Shown here: positions 1 through 10,061 of the stretch, piece after piece | How positions within the stretch are numbered: the first letter of the stretch is position 1 | How the letters are laid out: every line of letters starts with the position of its first letter | The notes under the pieces: model-generated | Database searches by the model: none | Told to the model about the DNA's origin: nothing | What the model saw: only the letters and a program-made list of their open reading frames with translations | DNA from: an uncultured Clostridia bacterium | GTDB lineage: Bacteria > Bacillota > Clostridia > TANB77 > CAG-508 | DNA length: 62,714 nucleotides | Direction of reading: 5' to 3' | Assembly: GCA_944387485.1 (NCBI GenBank) | Contig: CALXFC010000002.1 | Span: forward strand, 1-62,714 | Program-made: the position numbers and the translations under genes

Positions 1-99
1 TTTTGTCATTATAGATTTTATATCTATGTTTTCTAATTCTAAATCAGAAGGATTAACAATTATTCTTATTTTATTCTCTGTCAATTTTTCTATCTTCAT
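1..99 (-). CDS. mecA: Partial CDS (N-terminus only), MecA-like adaptor protein
   Basis: The reverse strand reads MKIEKLTENKIRIIVNPSDLELENIDIKSIMTK. Its start codon is at 97-99 and GAGGAGG lies 11 nt upstream (111-117 on + coordinates). The N-terminal pattern resembles clostridial MecA. The CDS is truncated by the window edge. Confidence 0.45.
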   Translation of the reverse strand, partial: MKIEKLTENKIRIIVNPSDLELENIDIKSIMTK

Positions 100-377
100 A
101 AAGTAAAGACCTCCTCAATTAACTATTAATTTTATTATACTACTAATACTATTATATTTAAATGTATAAATTTTGGTAATTAAATTAAAAATTTTTAAAG
201 AAATATGATTAAAATACTTCTTTAATTATATTTCTCGTGGCATTTTTCCTGAAATATTTATACCTGTATTCTTATTTTTACATACTTAATACTGATAGTA
301 TAACATAAAAAAATTATTTTTTGCAACCTTAACCAATTGACTAAAGTCAGTTAAATTATTTTTAATATTTTATTTTG

Positions 378-406
378 TTGACAAAATTATAAATATTGTG
401 TAAGAT
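378..406 (+). promoter_or_regulatory. SigmaA-type promoter candidate
   Basis: TTGACA (378-383), a 17-nt spacer, then TAAGAT (401-406). It lies upstream of the sORF and the 597 gene. Confidence 0.45.
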
Positions 407-432
407 AAGAGTATGAAAAGAAGGAGAAGCAA

Positions 433-534
433 ATGAAAAAAGTAGGAGCTGAAAGCCTTGTAGCTGTATATATATATATATATATATATATTGGTACTTT
501 AAAGAAAATAAACAATAGAAAAATAGAAAGATAG
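433..534 (+). CDS. Candidate 33-aa leader sORF containing a (TA)12 tract
   Basis: AAGGAG at 421-426 sits 6 nt before ATG 433. The product reads MKKVGAESLVAVYIYIYIYIGTLKKINNRKIER. Its stop codon (532-534) falls inside the 5' arm of the downstream hairpin. Confidence 0.35.
   Translation: MKKVGAESLVAVYIYIYIYIGTLKKINNRKIER
467..490. repeat. Dinucleotide microsatellite (TA)12
   Basis: Read directly: 24 nt of uninterrupted TA units. Confidence 0.95.
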
Positions 535-580
535 CAATAAGTCTATGAATAATAGGCTTGGTTTGCTATCTTTTCTATAT
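527..580 (+). terminator. Hairpin, possible attenuator, between the sORF and the 597 gene
   Basis: AAAGATAGCAA (528-538) pairs with TTGCTATCTTT (563-573). Inner pairing AAGTCT/AGGCTT extends the stem. A weak, interrupted T-tract follows. Confidence 0.4.
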
Positions 581-596
581 TTAAGGAAAAGGAAAA

Positions 597-3050
597 ATGA
601 TAGAGAAAAATGATTTTAAAAGAATAGTAAAAAATGAAAGAGGGTCAATAACAGTAATAGTACTAGTAACAATGATATTTACGTTATTAGTAGTAATGGT
701 ATCATATGGAAGAATAATGAATAAAAATTCAGCCCAGTTAAATGAGTTAAAAAAGATACAAGAAGAATATTTAATAGCAAGTGGAAATAATATAATGAAG
801 CAGACGTATGAAAATTCGAAAATAGGGTTAATAGCAGGAGAAGGAACGGTAACACTATTAGAAGGAGAAAAAGTAATTTTACCTGAGCCAGATAAAATAG
901 GAGAATATATAGGAGATATAAGTTATTCAACAACAAGTGATGCAATAACAGTAGATGCCGAAACTGGAGAAGTAACAGGAGTAGATGCAGGAGCTGAAAA
1001 ACAAGAAGCAATAGTGGTAGCAAAAGATAGTAATTTAGGCGAAACATGTGAATATAAAGTAATAGTAAAGGTATGGAATGGAGAAGGAACAGAAGAAGAC
1101 CCTTATGAGATAAGTAATTTAAGAGATATAAACAAGTTAGATGAAAAGGTATCTAAGGTAGAAACAGATGAGGCATATAGATATACAGGTAAATATTTTG
1201 TTCAAACAGATAATATAGACTTACAAAGTACAAGTGTAATGATAGGGGAAGAAGGAACAGAAGAAGAGACCAATTCTTTTAATGGAATATATGATGGAAA
1301 TAATAAAGAAATACAAAATTTAAAAATAGAAACAGATTTAAAAAATTCAGGGTTATTCACAATAGTGGGAAAATCAGGAAGTGTTAAGAATTTAACTCTT
1401 GCAAGTGGAAGTGTAAATATAAAATCAGGATCTACTGATTCAAAATGGCATGGAAATTTAGTTGGAACTAATTATGGTGTAATTGATAACTGCACAAATA
1501 AGATACAAGCAAGTTTTGATGAAGGAAAATATATTTGTGGAGGATTAGTAGGTGCAAATAAAGAAGAAGGAAGTATAAAAAATAGTTATAACTATGCTAC
1601 TATAACAAAGACAGTAACAAGTAGTAGTGATGTGGTAAATAATAATATAGGAGCAATTTCAGGAGCAAACAATGGAATAATAGAAAATTGTACTAATTCA
1701 GGACAAGTTGTAAGCCAGGCTTTTTATGCAACAGGAGGAATATGTGGATGGAATGATGGAGGTAGCATAACAAATTGTACTAATGATGGTAAAATAACAT
1801 CAACTAAAGGATCTTTAATAGGAGGAATTGCAGGGACAAACGAAAGTGGAGGAAAAATACAAAAATCAACTAATAACGGAGATATTCAAAGTAATGAAGC
1901 TCCAGTAGGAGGAATTGCAGGAATACATAGATATCAATCAACAACAATAACACAATGTGAGAACAATGGAGATGTTTCATCTAATGAATGGTATGTAGGT
2001 GGAATATGTGGTCAAGCTGCAGGATATGCAACAATTGAAGAATCAGCTAATTATGGTTTTATTGAGGCTAATAGCACTGTTGGAGGAATTGTCGGAATTG
2101 CAGAAAATAATCAGGTCAAAGTAAGCAAGTGCGTAAATTATGGAAATGTTTTATCAACAACAGCAAATGGAACTTTATATTCTGATGCTGGAGGAGTTGT
2201 TGGCTATATAGGGCAAACAGTAGTTGTTGAAGATTGTTATAATAAAGAGGCAGCAGTAAGAGGGAAAGATAGCATAGGAGGAGTTGCAGGAGCAAATAAT
2301 GGAACGATTAATAATTGTTACAATACTGGAAATTCAACATCACACAGTAATGGATCAGGATTAGGAGGACTAGTAGGAGTAAATCAAGCAACAGGGGTTA
2401 TTAATAATTCATATACGCAGACAGATAAAGATGCAAAAGTAATTGGTACAACAAATGGAGGAACATTAAATAATGCATCATTTAAAGGATATTCAGAAAT
2501 GATATCAACAGATTTTGTAAATACTTTAGGAACAAGTAATTGGAAGCAGGGAGGAACAACACCAATATTGACATGGCAAGAAGATGAAACATATACGGGT
2601 GAGATAGAAGAAGGATTATATATGCTATACACAGCATTAGCACCAACGTCAAAAGTAATGGATGTAGATTCAGGAGGAACAACAGATGGAACAAATGTGC
2701 AAATATTTGATATGAATTATAGTAATGCGCAGAAATTCAAAATAACGAAAACATCAACTGCAGGAGTTTATAGCATAATAAACTTCAATTCAAACAAGTC
2801 TTTAGATGTAGATGCGGGATTAGCTGAAAATGGAACAAATTTGCAAATATATACGCCAAATGGTTCAAATGCTCAGCTATGGAGATTTATAGATTATAAA
2901 AATGGATATTATGCAATACAATCTTTAGTAGGAAGTTATATACATGTAGATGGTGGTCTAACAGCAAATGGAACTAATATACACATGTGGAATGATGCAG
3001 CTAGTACAAATAAGAATTGCCAGTGGATGTTAAAAAAAGCAATTGAATAA
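597..3050 (+). CDS. Secreted or membrane-anchored protein: TadE/G-like N-terminal hydrophobic module, Ig-like segment, GLUG-motif repeat region, C-terminal ricin-type beta-trefoil lectin
   Basis: The N-terminus reads ERGSITVIVLVTMIFTLLVVMV. The motif GEGTEEDPYEISN...FNGIYDGNNKEIQNL is followed by many GG(I/L)(A/C/V)G repeats across about 1075-2400. The C-terminus (about 2612-3047) has three QxW-like subrepeats: AQKFKI, AQLWRF and CQWMLK. Confidence 0.75.
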   Translation: MIEKNDFKRIVKNERGSITVIVLVTMIFTLLVVMVSYGRIMNKNSAQLNELKKIQEEYLIASGNNIMKQTYENSKIGLIAGEGTVTLLEGEKVILPEPDKIGEYIGDISYSTTSDAITVDAETGEVTGVDAGAEKQEAIVVAKDSNLGETCEYKVIVKVWNGEGTEEDPYEISNLRDINKLDEKVSKVETDEAYRYTGKYFVQTDNIDLQSTSVMIGEEGTEEETNSFNGIYDGNNKEIQNLKIETDLKNSGLFTIVGKSGSVKNLTLASGSVNIKSGSTDSKWHGNLVGTNYGVIDNCTNKIQASFDEGKYICGGLVGANKEEGSIKNSYNYATITKTVTSSSDVVNNNIGAISGANNGIIENCTNSGQVVSQAFYATGGICGWNDGGSITNCTNDGKITSTKGSLIGGIAGTNESGGKIQKSTNNGDIQSNEAPVGGIAGIHRYQSTTITQCENNGDVSSNEWYVGGICGQAAGYATIEESANYGFIEANSTVGGIVGIAENNQVKVSKCVNYGNVLSTTANGTLYSDAGGVVGYIGQTVVVEDCYNKEAAVRGKDSIGGVAGANNGTINNCYNTGNSTSHSNGSGLGGLVGVNQATGVINNSYTQTDKDAKVIGTTNGGTLNNASFKGYSEMISTDFVNTLGTSNWKQGGTTPILTWQEDETYTGEIEEGLYMLYTALAPTSKVMDVDSGGTTDGTNVQIFDMNYSNAQKFKITKTSTAGVYSIINFNSNKSLDVDAGLAENGTNLQIYTPNGSNAQLWRFIDYKNGYYAIQSLVGSYIHVDGGLTANGTNIHMWNDAASTNKNCQWMLKKAIE

Positions 3051-3063
3051 TTAGAGTTAATAT

Positions 3064-3102
3064 AAAACTTGTAAAACATAAAAAGTGTTTTACAAGTTTT
3101 TT
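3064..3102 (+). terminator. Rho-independent terminator
   Basis: CTTGTAAAACA pairs with TGTTTTACAAG, followed by TTTTTT. Confidence 0.8.
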
Positions 3103-3230
3103 CTATTTAAAAAATTATTAAAGTTATAAAAATAGGCATAATTTACTTGAAAAATTTATTGATTCAATATATAATACCTATGTGGTAAAATGAATATCCG
3201 TAAGAGAAAAAGATTTTTGGAGGTATAAAA

Positions 3231-3488
3231 ATGGCAACAAAAGAAAAAAATGTATGGATTTTATTAGTATTTATATTATCAGGAATAGTAGTAGGAGGTT
3301 TGTTAGGAGAACTAGCATCTAAAGTGAGTTGGCTTTGGTGGCTTTCTTATGGACAAAGTTTTGGATTAAACACACCTATAACACTTGATTTAAGTGTTAT
3401 TCAAATTACATTTGGTTTAATGTTCAAGATAAATATATCAAGTATAATAGGGATGATACTTGCTATATTCATTTATAAAAAAATATAG
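3231..3488 (+). CDS. Small membrane protein, DUF4321-like
   Basis: An 85-aa product with two hydrophobic segments. It occupies the position upstream of radC-mreB that is typical of Clostridia. Confidence 0.5.
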   Translation: MATKEKNVWILLVFILSGIVVGGLLGELASKVSWLWWLSYGQSFGLNTPITLDLSVIQITFGLMFKINISSIIGMILAIFIYKKI

Positions 3489-3543
3489 GGATATAGGGGC
3501 AAAATATTATAAATCTAAAATGAAAGGATTGGATATTTTGTCT

Positions 3544-4257
3544 ATGAAAATAAAAGAATTACCAGAATTAGAAAGGCCATATGAAAAGCTAGAAATGTAT
3601 GGCGAAAAAGTGTTATCAGATGCAGAATTACTTGCAATAATAATTAAAACAGGAACTAAAGAAGAAACTGCAGTACAATTAGCACAAAGGTTACTTAGTT
3701 TAAATAATACAACAGCTGAAAATTTAAGCTATTTAACAACTTTATCTATTCAAGAGCTAATGCAACTAAAGGGAATAGGTAAAGTAAAAGCAATACAATT
3801 AAAAGCAGTTGGAGAAATAGCTGTAAGAATGTTTAAGACATCAAATTATAAGAAAATAGTCATAGAATATCCACAAGACTTAGCTAAAATCTTAATGAGC
3901 ACTTTAAGCTTTAAAAAAGAAGAAGTAGTGAAAGTTGTTGTTTTAAGCAATAAAAATGAAGTATTAAAAATAGAAGATGTAGCAAATGGTACAATTAATT
4001 TTGTAAATATTCCTATGAAAGATATTTTATATGAGCCAATTAGAATGAAAGCACCTAAATTTATACTAGTACATAATCATCCAAGTGGCGATTGTAAACC
4101 AAGTGAAAAAGATATAGTATATACAGAGTGCTTATATGAAACAGCAAAATTAATAGGTATAGAAATGATGGATCATATAATAATAGGGAATATGAGATAT
4201 ACGAGTATCTTTACAGAAAATGCATTAAGAACAAATGAAGAACAAGATAAAGAGTAA
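3544..4257 (+). CDS. radC: RadC-family JAB-domain protein
   Basis: Motifs MKIKELPELERPYEKL, LSDAELLAIIIKTG and HNHPSGD are present. The start was moved to the in-frame ATG at 3544, which matches the usual RadC N-terminus. Confidence 0.85.
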   Translation: MKIKELPELERPYEKLEMYGEKVLSDAELLAIIIKTGTKEETAVQLAQRLLSLNNTTAENLSYLTTLSIQELMQLKGIGKVKAIQLKAVGEIAVRMFKTSNYKKIVIEYPQDLAKILMSTLSFKKEEVVKVVVLSNKNEVLKIEDVANGTINFVNIPMKDILYEPIRMKAPKFILVHNHPSGDCKPSEKDIVYTECLYETAKLIGIEMMDHIIIGNMRYTSIFTENALRTNEEQDKE

Positions 4258-5320
<1,063 letters not shown>

Positions 5321-5336
5321 GTACAAGGAGTAAAAA

Positions 5337-6152
5337 ATGTATAGAAAAAAGAAAAGTGGAATTATAGGAATTATTATTACTATTATAATTTTAATTTTAG
5401 TTGTAATATTTTCAAATGGAGAAACAAACACTACTTTATTTGAAAATGCGGCAACTAATTTAGTTATGCCTATACAAAATGGTTTAACATATTTAAAAAA
5501 CAAATTGAGTGGCAATAGTACATTTTTTACTGATATTAATAATTTGAAAGAAGAAAATGAAAAATTAAAGCAAGAAAACAGCGAATTGGAACAATCATTA
5601 AGAGAATTAGAAAATATAAAAACACAAAACGAAACATTGCAAGAATATTTGAATTTAAGTGAAAAATACGGTGAATATAATACTATTCCAGGTTATGTTA
5701 TAAATAAAGATATAAGCAATTATTCAAAAACAATTGTAATAAATATTGGAAGTGATGATGGAGTACAAGAAGATATGACAGTAATAGGAGATCAAGGATT
5801 AGTAGGGCATGTTATTTCCGTAACCAATAATACAGCCAAAGTACAAACAATTGTTGATACAGCAAGTTCTGTTAGTTGTACAATGAGTACTACAGAGGAA
5901 AGTATAGTATGTAAAGGAACTTTAGATGAAAATTCAACATTAAGAGGAATGTATATACCAACAGATGCAAATGTTATACAAGGAGATAGTGTAGAAACAT
6001 CAGGACTTGGGGGAATTTATCCAAAAGGTATTCATGTAGGAACTGTAAGAAGTGTTGAAAATGCACAAAATGTAACAGATAGATATGCAATAATTGATAC
6101 TGCAGTAGATTTTGATAAGTTAGATACAGTACTTGTAATCACAAATCAATAA
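5337..6152 (+). CDS. mreC: Rod shape-determining protein MreC
   Basis: N-terminal TM, a coiled-coil segment (LKQENSELEQSLRELE), and a position directly after mreB. Confidence 0.85.
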   Translation: MYRKKKSGIIGIIITIIILILVVIFSNGETNTTLFENAATNLVMPIQNGLTYLKNKLSGNSTFFTDINNLKEENEKLKQENSELEQSLRELENIKTQNETLQEYLNLSEKYGEYNTIPGYVINKDISNYSKTIVINIGSDDGVQEDMTVIGDQGLVGHVISVTNNTAKVQTIVDTASSVSCTMSTTEESIVCKGTLDENSTLRGMYIPTDANVIQGDSVETSGLGGIYPKGIHVGTVRSVENAQNVTDRYAIIDTAVDFDKLDTVLVITNQ

Positions 6153-6165
6153 AGAGGTGAATTAG

Positions 6166-6699
6166 TTGAAAAAACTACTTATAAATATAGTTTTAGTTTT
6201 AGTTGGATTAATTATATATTATCTTCAATCAAACTTCTTTACATGGTTTAATATTGCACATGTTATGCCAAATTTATTTGTTATCTACATATTGTTTATC
6301 GGATTATTTGCAAGTAGAACAGTAGGAACAATTTATGGTATAGCTGTAGGATTGATACTTGATTTGTTGTTAGGTACGCAAGTTGGTATAAATGCGGTGA
6401 CTTTAGGATTGATAGGATTTTTAGCGGGAGTATTTGATAAAAACTTTTCAAAAGATAGTAGGATGACTATAATGCTTATGGTTTTTGGTTCTACTTTTTT
6501 AGTAGAAACCTTAAACTATTTATTGGATTATATGTTTGCGTCAATAAATGTTGAGATAGTTAACTTTTTAATTATACTTGCAATTGAAATAATATATAAT
6601 TTGATTTTAACAATTATATTATATCCGCTAATACGAAAAGCAGGATATTACATTGAAAATGAATATAAAGGAAATAAAATCTTAACAAGATATTTCTAA
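6166..6699 (+). CDS. mreD: Rod shape-determining protein MreD
   Basis: A polytopic membrane protein of about 177 aa lying between mreC and PBP2. TTG start. Confidence 0.7.
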   Translation: MKKLLINIVLVLVGLIIYYLQSNFFTWFNIAHVMPNLFVIYILFIGLFASRTVGTIYGIAVGLILDLLLGTQVGINAVTLGLIGFLAGVFDKNFSKDSRMTIMLMVFGSTFLVETLNYLLDYMFASINVEIVNFLIILAIEIIYNLILTIILYPLIRKAGYYIENEYKGNKILTRYF

Positions 6700-6702
6700 A
6701 AA

Positions 6703-8865
6703 ATGATATATAGGAAAGAAGGTGATAGTTTGATAATTAGACATAGAACTAACAAAAAGCCTAACATAAATTTTAGGTTTAATTTGCTAACGGTATTTGT
6801 ATATATTATAGGTATAATTTTAATAATCAAACTATTTAGCCTTCAAATAGTACACGGTGCAGAATATAGAGAACAGTCAAACACAAGACTTACAAGAGAA
6901 AGCACAGTAGAAGCAGCAAGAGGAGAGATTTTAGATAGAACAGGTGCAACTTTAGTTACATCAGACATGCAATTTTCTTTGGAAATGTATAAAACAAAAA
7001 TAGATGATAATGAGCTTAATATTTCAATTTTAAATATGATACAAGTTCTTGAAAAATATGGAGTTTCTTACCCAGATTCTTTTCCTATTAATATTAATCC
7101 ATATACATATACAATATCAGGAGAAACACTTGCAAAGTGGAAAGACGACAATGATTTTGATGAAAATATAAGTGCGGAAGAAGCCTTTAATGAATTTATA
7201 GATAAATATGAAATAAGTAATACTACCAATATTGAAGAAATAAGAAAAATAATAGCAATTAGATATCAAATAACAATAGAAGGTTATAGCAGCACAAAAT
7301 CTATAACAATCGCAGATAATATTCCAAGAGAAGCAGTAGCAGAGTTTAGTGAAAGTTCAGATAGATTTGCAGGAATAAATATTTCAGTAAAACCTATAAG
7401 AGAATATACATCAGGAACTCTAGCTGCACATATATTAGGATATGCATCTCAAATAAGTAGTGAAGAATATGAAGAAAGAAAAGATACATATAGTCAGAAT
7501 GATATTATAGGAAAAACAGGTATAGAATATGTTTTCGAAGAGTACTTAAAAGGAAAAAATGGTATAAAACAGATAGATATGGCGGTAGATGGAACTACAA
7601 CAGCAGAATATATTGCAGAAGAAGCTGTGGAAGGATCTGATGTGGTTCTTACAATAGATGCTAACCTTCAAAAAGTTACGGAAGATGCATTGGCAGCAAA
7701 TATTCAAAAAATATCAAGTGGAGGATTTGGACAAAGATTTGATGCAACAGCGGGAGCTTGTGTTGTAATGAATGTTAATAGTGGAGAAATTTTAGCTATG
7801 GCAAGTTATCCTACATATAATCCATCAGATTTTGTAGGAGGAATAAGTACTGAAAATTGGAACAACTACAACAATAATTCAGCACATCCATTAGTAAATA
7901 AAGCAGTACAAAATTCATATTCACCAGGTTCAACATTTAAAATGGTAACAGCAATAGCAGGATTAGAATCAGGAGTAATTGATTTAAATACTAAAATAAA
8001 TGATACAGGTATTTATACTAAATATGCAAGTACAGGATATCGACCAAGATGCTGGTATTATACAGATTATCATAGAGGCCATGGATGGCTTGATGTATCA
8101 GGGGCTATTGAAAAATCTTGTAACTATTTCTTCTATGAAACAGCAGATAGAATGGGAATAGAGAACCTAGCAAAAGTTGCAAGATATTTTGGCTTAGGAA
8201 GTAAAACAGGTGTTGAATTACCTAGTGAAGCGTCAGGTTCAGTTGCATGTCCTGAAACAAAGGCTAAATTACATGCAAATGATGATCCAAATTGGTATGC
8301 TGCAGATACATTACAAGCTGCAATAGGACAAAATGATAATTCTTTTAGTCCTGTTCAAATGGCAAGATATATAAGTATATTAGCAAATGGAGGAAATAGA
8401 ATTGAACCTACAATAATAAGAACTATTAGAAGAACTGATGGATCAGAAGTTTCTAAAGAAGAAATAGAGAATTTCGTAAATCAAAAATTGGGAATACAAG
8501 AAGAGCAAGTAGAAGATATTGACATTAATCAGGAATATTTAGATGCAGTATTAGCCGGAATGGAATCTGTTACTCAAGATAGTTCAGGTACAGCATATGT
8601 TAGATTTAAAGATTTTAATATTAGTGTAGGAGGAAAGACGGGTTCAGCAGAAGTTGATAATGGTAATAAAGTAAATGCTTGGTTTGTTGGATTTGCACCA
8701 TTTGAGAATCCTGAGATTGCAATTGTTGTAATTGTTGAAAATGGTGGACACGGAAACTATACAGCTGAAGTTGTAAGAGATATTATGGAAGAATACTTTG
8801 GAATGAATGTAGAAACAATAGAAGAAGATATGACTGCAGAGCCATATGTTCAGATAATGAATTAA
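6703..8865 (+). CDS. mrdA: Penicillin-binding protein 2 (elongation transpeptidase)
   Basis: Contains the STFK, SCN and KTGS active-site motifs and an N-terminal TM. Located in the mre operon. Confidence 0.85.
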   Translation: MIYRKEGDSLIIRHRTNKKPNINFRFNLLTVFVYIIGIILIIKLFSLQIVHGAEYREQSNTRLTRESTVEAARGEILDRTGATLVTSDMQFSLEMYKTKIDDNELNISILNMIQVLEKYGVSYPDSFPININPYTYTISGETLAKWKDDNDFDENISAEEAFNEFIDKYEISNTTNIEEIRKIIAIRYQITIEGYSSTKSITIADNIPREAVAEFSESSDRFAGINISVKPIREYTSGTLAAHILGYASQISSEEYEERKDTYSQNDIIGKTGIEYVFEEYLKGKNGIKQIDMAVDGTTTAEYIAEEAVEGSDVVLTIDANLQKVTEDALAANIQKISSGGFGQRFDATAGACVVMNVNSGEILAMASYPTYNPSDFVGGISTENWNNYNNNSAHPLVNKAVQNSYSPGSTFKMVTAIAGLESGVIDLNTKINDTGIYTKYASTGYRPRCWYYTDYHRGHGWLDVSGAIEKSCNYFFYETADRMGIENLAKVARYFGLGSKTGVELPSEASGSVACPETKAKLHANDDPNWYAADTLQAAIGQNDNSFSPVQMARYISILANGGNRIEPTIIRTIRRTDGSEVSKEEIENFVNQKLGIQEEQVEDIDINQEYLDAVLAGMESVTQDSSGTAYVRFKDFNISVGGKTGSAEVDNGNKVNAWFVGFAPFENPEIAIVVIVENGGHGNYTAEVVRDIMEEYFGMNVETIEEDMTAEPYVQIMN

Positions 8866-8869
8866 AGTG

Positions 8870-8898
8870 AAACTCTAGTAATTATGCTAGAGTTTTTA
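8870..8898 (+). terminator. Rho-independent terminator
   Basis: AAACTCTAG pairs with CTAGAGTTT, followed by a T-run. Confidence 0.7.
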
Positions 8899-8981
8899 AA
8901 TAAATGTAATCCAAATATTGACATTGGTGAATTTCTATATTATATTTTAAGTATTAAAGAAAATGTTGGAAGGATGTAAAA

Positions 8982-9596
8982 ATGAAAAATAATTATGTTA
9001 GTATTAACTTAAGAAGAGATGAAATTGTGGTAAAATTGAATGAAAATGCTGATCAAATGCAGATAATAAATACATTAAAGAAAAAATTGCCGGAATTAAA
9101 AAAATTGTACAAAGATGAAAAAACACCTATAAGAGTAACAGGAAAAATATTGAAAAACAGGGAAATTGATCAGATACAAGAAATAATAAAAGATAAAATT
9201 GATGTTGAAATAGATTTTGATATGCCAAAAAGCTTAGGGCTTTCAAGCATTAAAAGAACTTTTGATAAAGAAATAGCGATTTCTGAAACTAAATTTCATA
9301 GAGGTTCATTAAGGTCAGGACAAAAAATGGAGGTTGAAGGAAGTTTAGTAATTTTAGGTGATGTGAATTCCGGTGCTGAAGTAATTGCTTCAGATAATAT
9401 TGTAGTGTTGGGAGCACTAAGAGGTTTAGCACACGCCGGTGCTAAGGGTAATAAACAAGCTATTATTGCAGCAGGAGTTTTTGATGCTGTACAAGTTAGA
9501 ATAGCAAATATAGTAAAAGAAATTAATCGTGATGAAGAACCATTGCATAAGCAATCATATATTAGTGTTGTTGAAGATAAAATAGTAATAGACTAA
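8982..9596 (+). CDS. minC: Septum site-determining protein MinC
   Basis: The C-terminal beta-helix motif reads LVILGDVNSGAEVIASDNIVVLGALRGLAHAG. Confidence 0.85.
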   Translation: MKNNYVSINLRRDEIVVKLNENADQMQIINTLKKKLPELKKLYKDEKTPIRVTGKILKNREIDQIQEIIKDKIDVEIDFDMPKSLGLSSIKRTFDKEIAISETKFHRGSLRSGQKMEVEGSLVILGDVNSGAEVIASDNIVVLGALRGLAHAGAKGNKQAIIAAGVFDAVQVRIANIVKEINRDEEPLHKQSYISVVEDKIVID

Positions 9597-9604
9597 TTGT
9601 GGAT

Positions 9605-9640
9605 TTTAGTCCCTCACTTTAAAAGTGAGGGATAAATTGT
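9605..9640. terminator. Hairpin between convergent genes, likely a bidirectional terminator
   Basis: CCCTCACT pairs with AGTGAGGG, and both flanks are A/T-rich. Confidence 0.6.
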
Positions 9641-9689
9641 ATTTTAGAGGAAAATTTTTATCTATATAATAGTAGAAGGAAGTATATCA

Positions 9690-10061
9690 TCACATCAATA
9701 ATAAAAGTAGCAAAATGACAAACAATATTTCATCATGAACGTTTTCTTTGTAAAGAAAAAATAATAAACCAAGTATAATAAGATCATCTAAATATAATTT
9801 TATACCTAATATTTCTAAAATGGGTGTGTTTAAATCAGATTCTAGTAGTGCGGAAAGGTTAATATTAGCAAAAGAATTATATTTAGAGGACCTTTTCTGA
9901 TTTTTGTTGCTTTCTATTTCTTCTTGTCTCTTATTTTCTATTTCTCTTTTTTCCAAATTTTCATTATTAATATTTTGAAAATTACTATTATTTTTATAAC
10001 GTTCAGAATAGAAAGGCCTATAATAGTTATACTGAAATGGAAAAAATGGAAAAGTGAGCAT
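9690..10061 (-). CDS. Hypothetical small protein: low-complexity N-terminus and hydrophobic C-terminus
   Basis: A 123-aa ORF. Its start overlaps the stop of the upstream gene by 1 nt, which suggests translational coupling. Confidence 0.5.
   Translation of the reverse strand: MLTFPFFPFQYNYYRPFYSERYKNNSNFQNINNENLEKREIENKRQEEIESNKNQKRSSKYNSFANINLSALLESDLNTPILEILGIKLYLDDLIILGLLFFLYKENVHDEILFVILLLLLLM

Noticed and set aside
679-1047. Numerous antisense ORFs from the track, 60-235 aa and rich in Leu/Phe/Ser/Ile. Examples are 679-1047, 11176-11457, 21131-21565, 30984-31691, 46116-46326, 47769-48069, 53071-53526 and 57741-58244.
   Set aside because: They lie opposite strongly supported purine-rich genes. 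They have low-complexity composition, which is expected when A/G-rich codons are reverse-complemented. They also lack an RBS. I treat them as artefacts.
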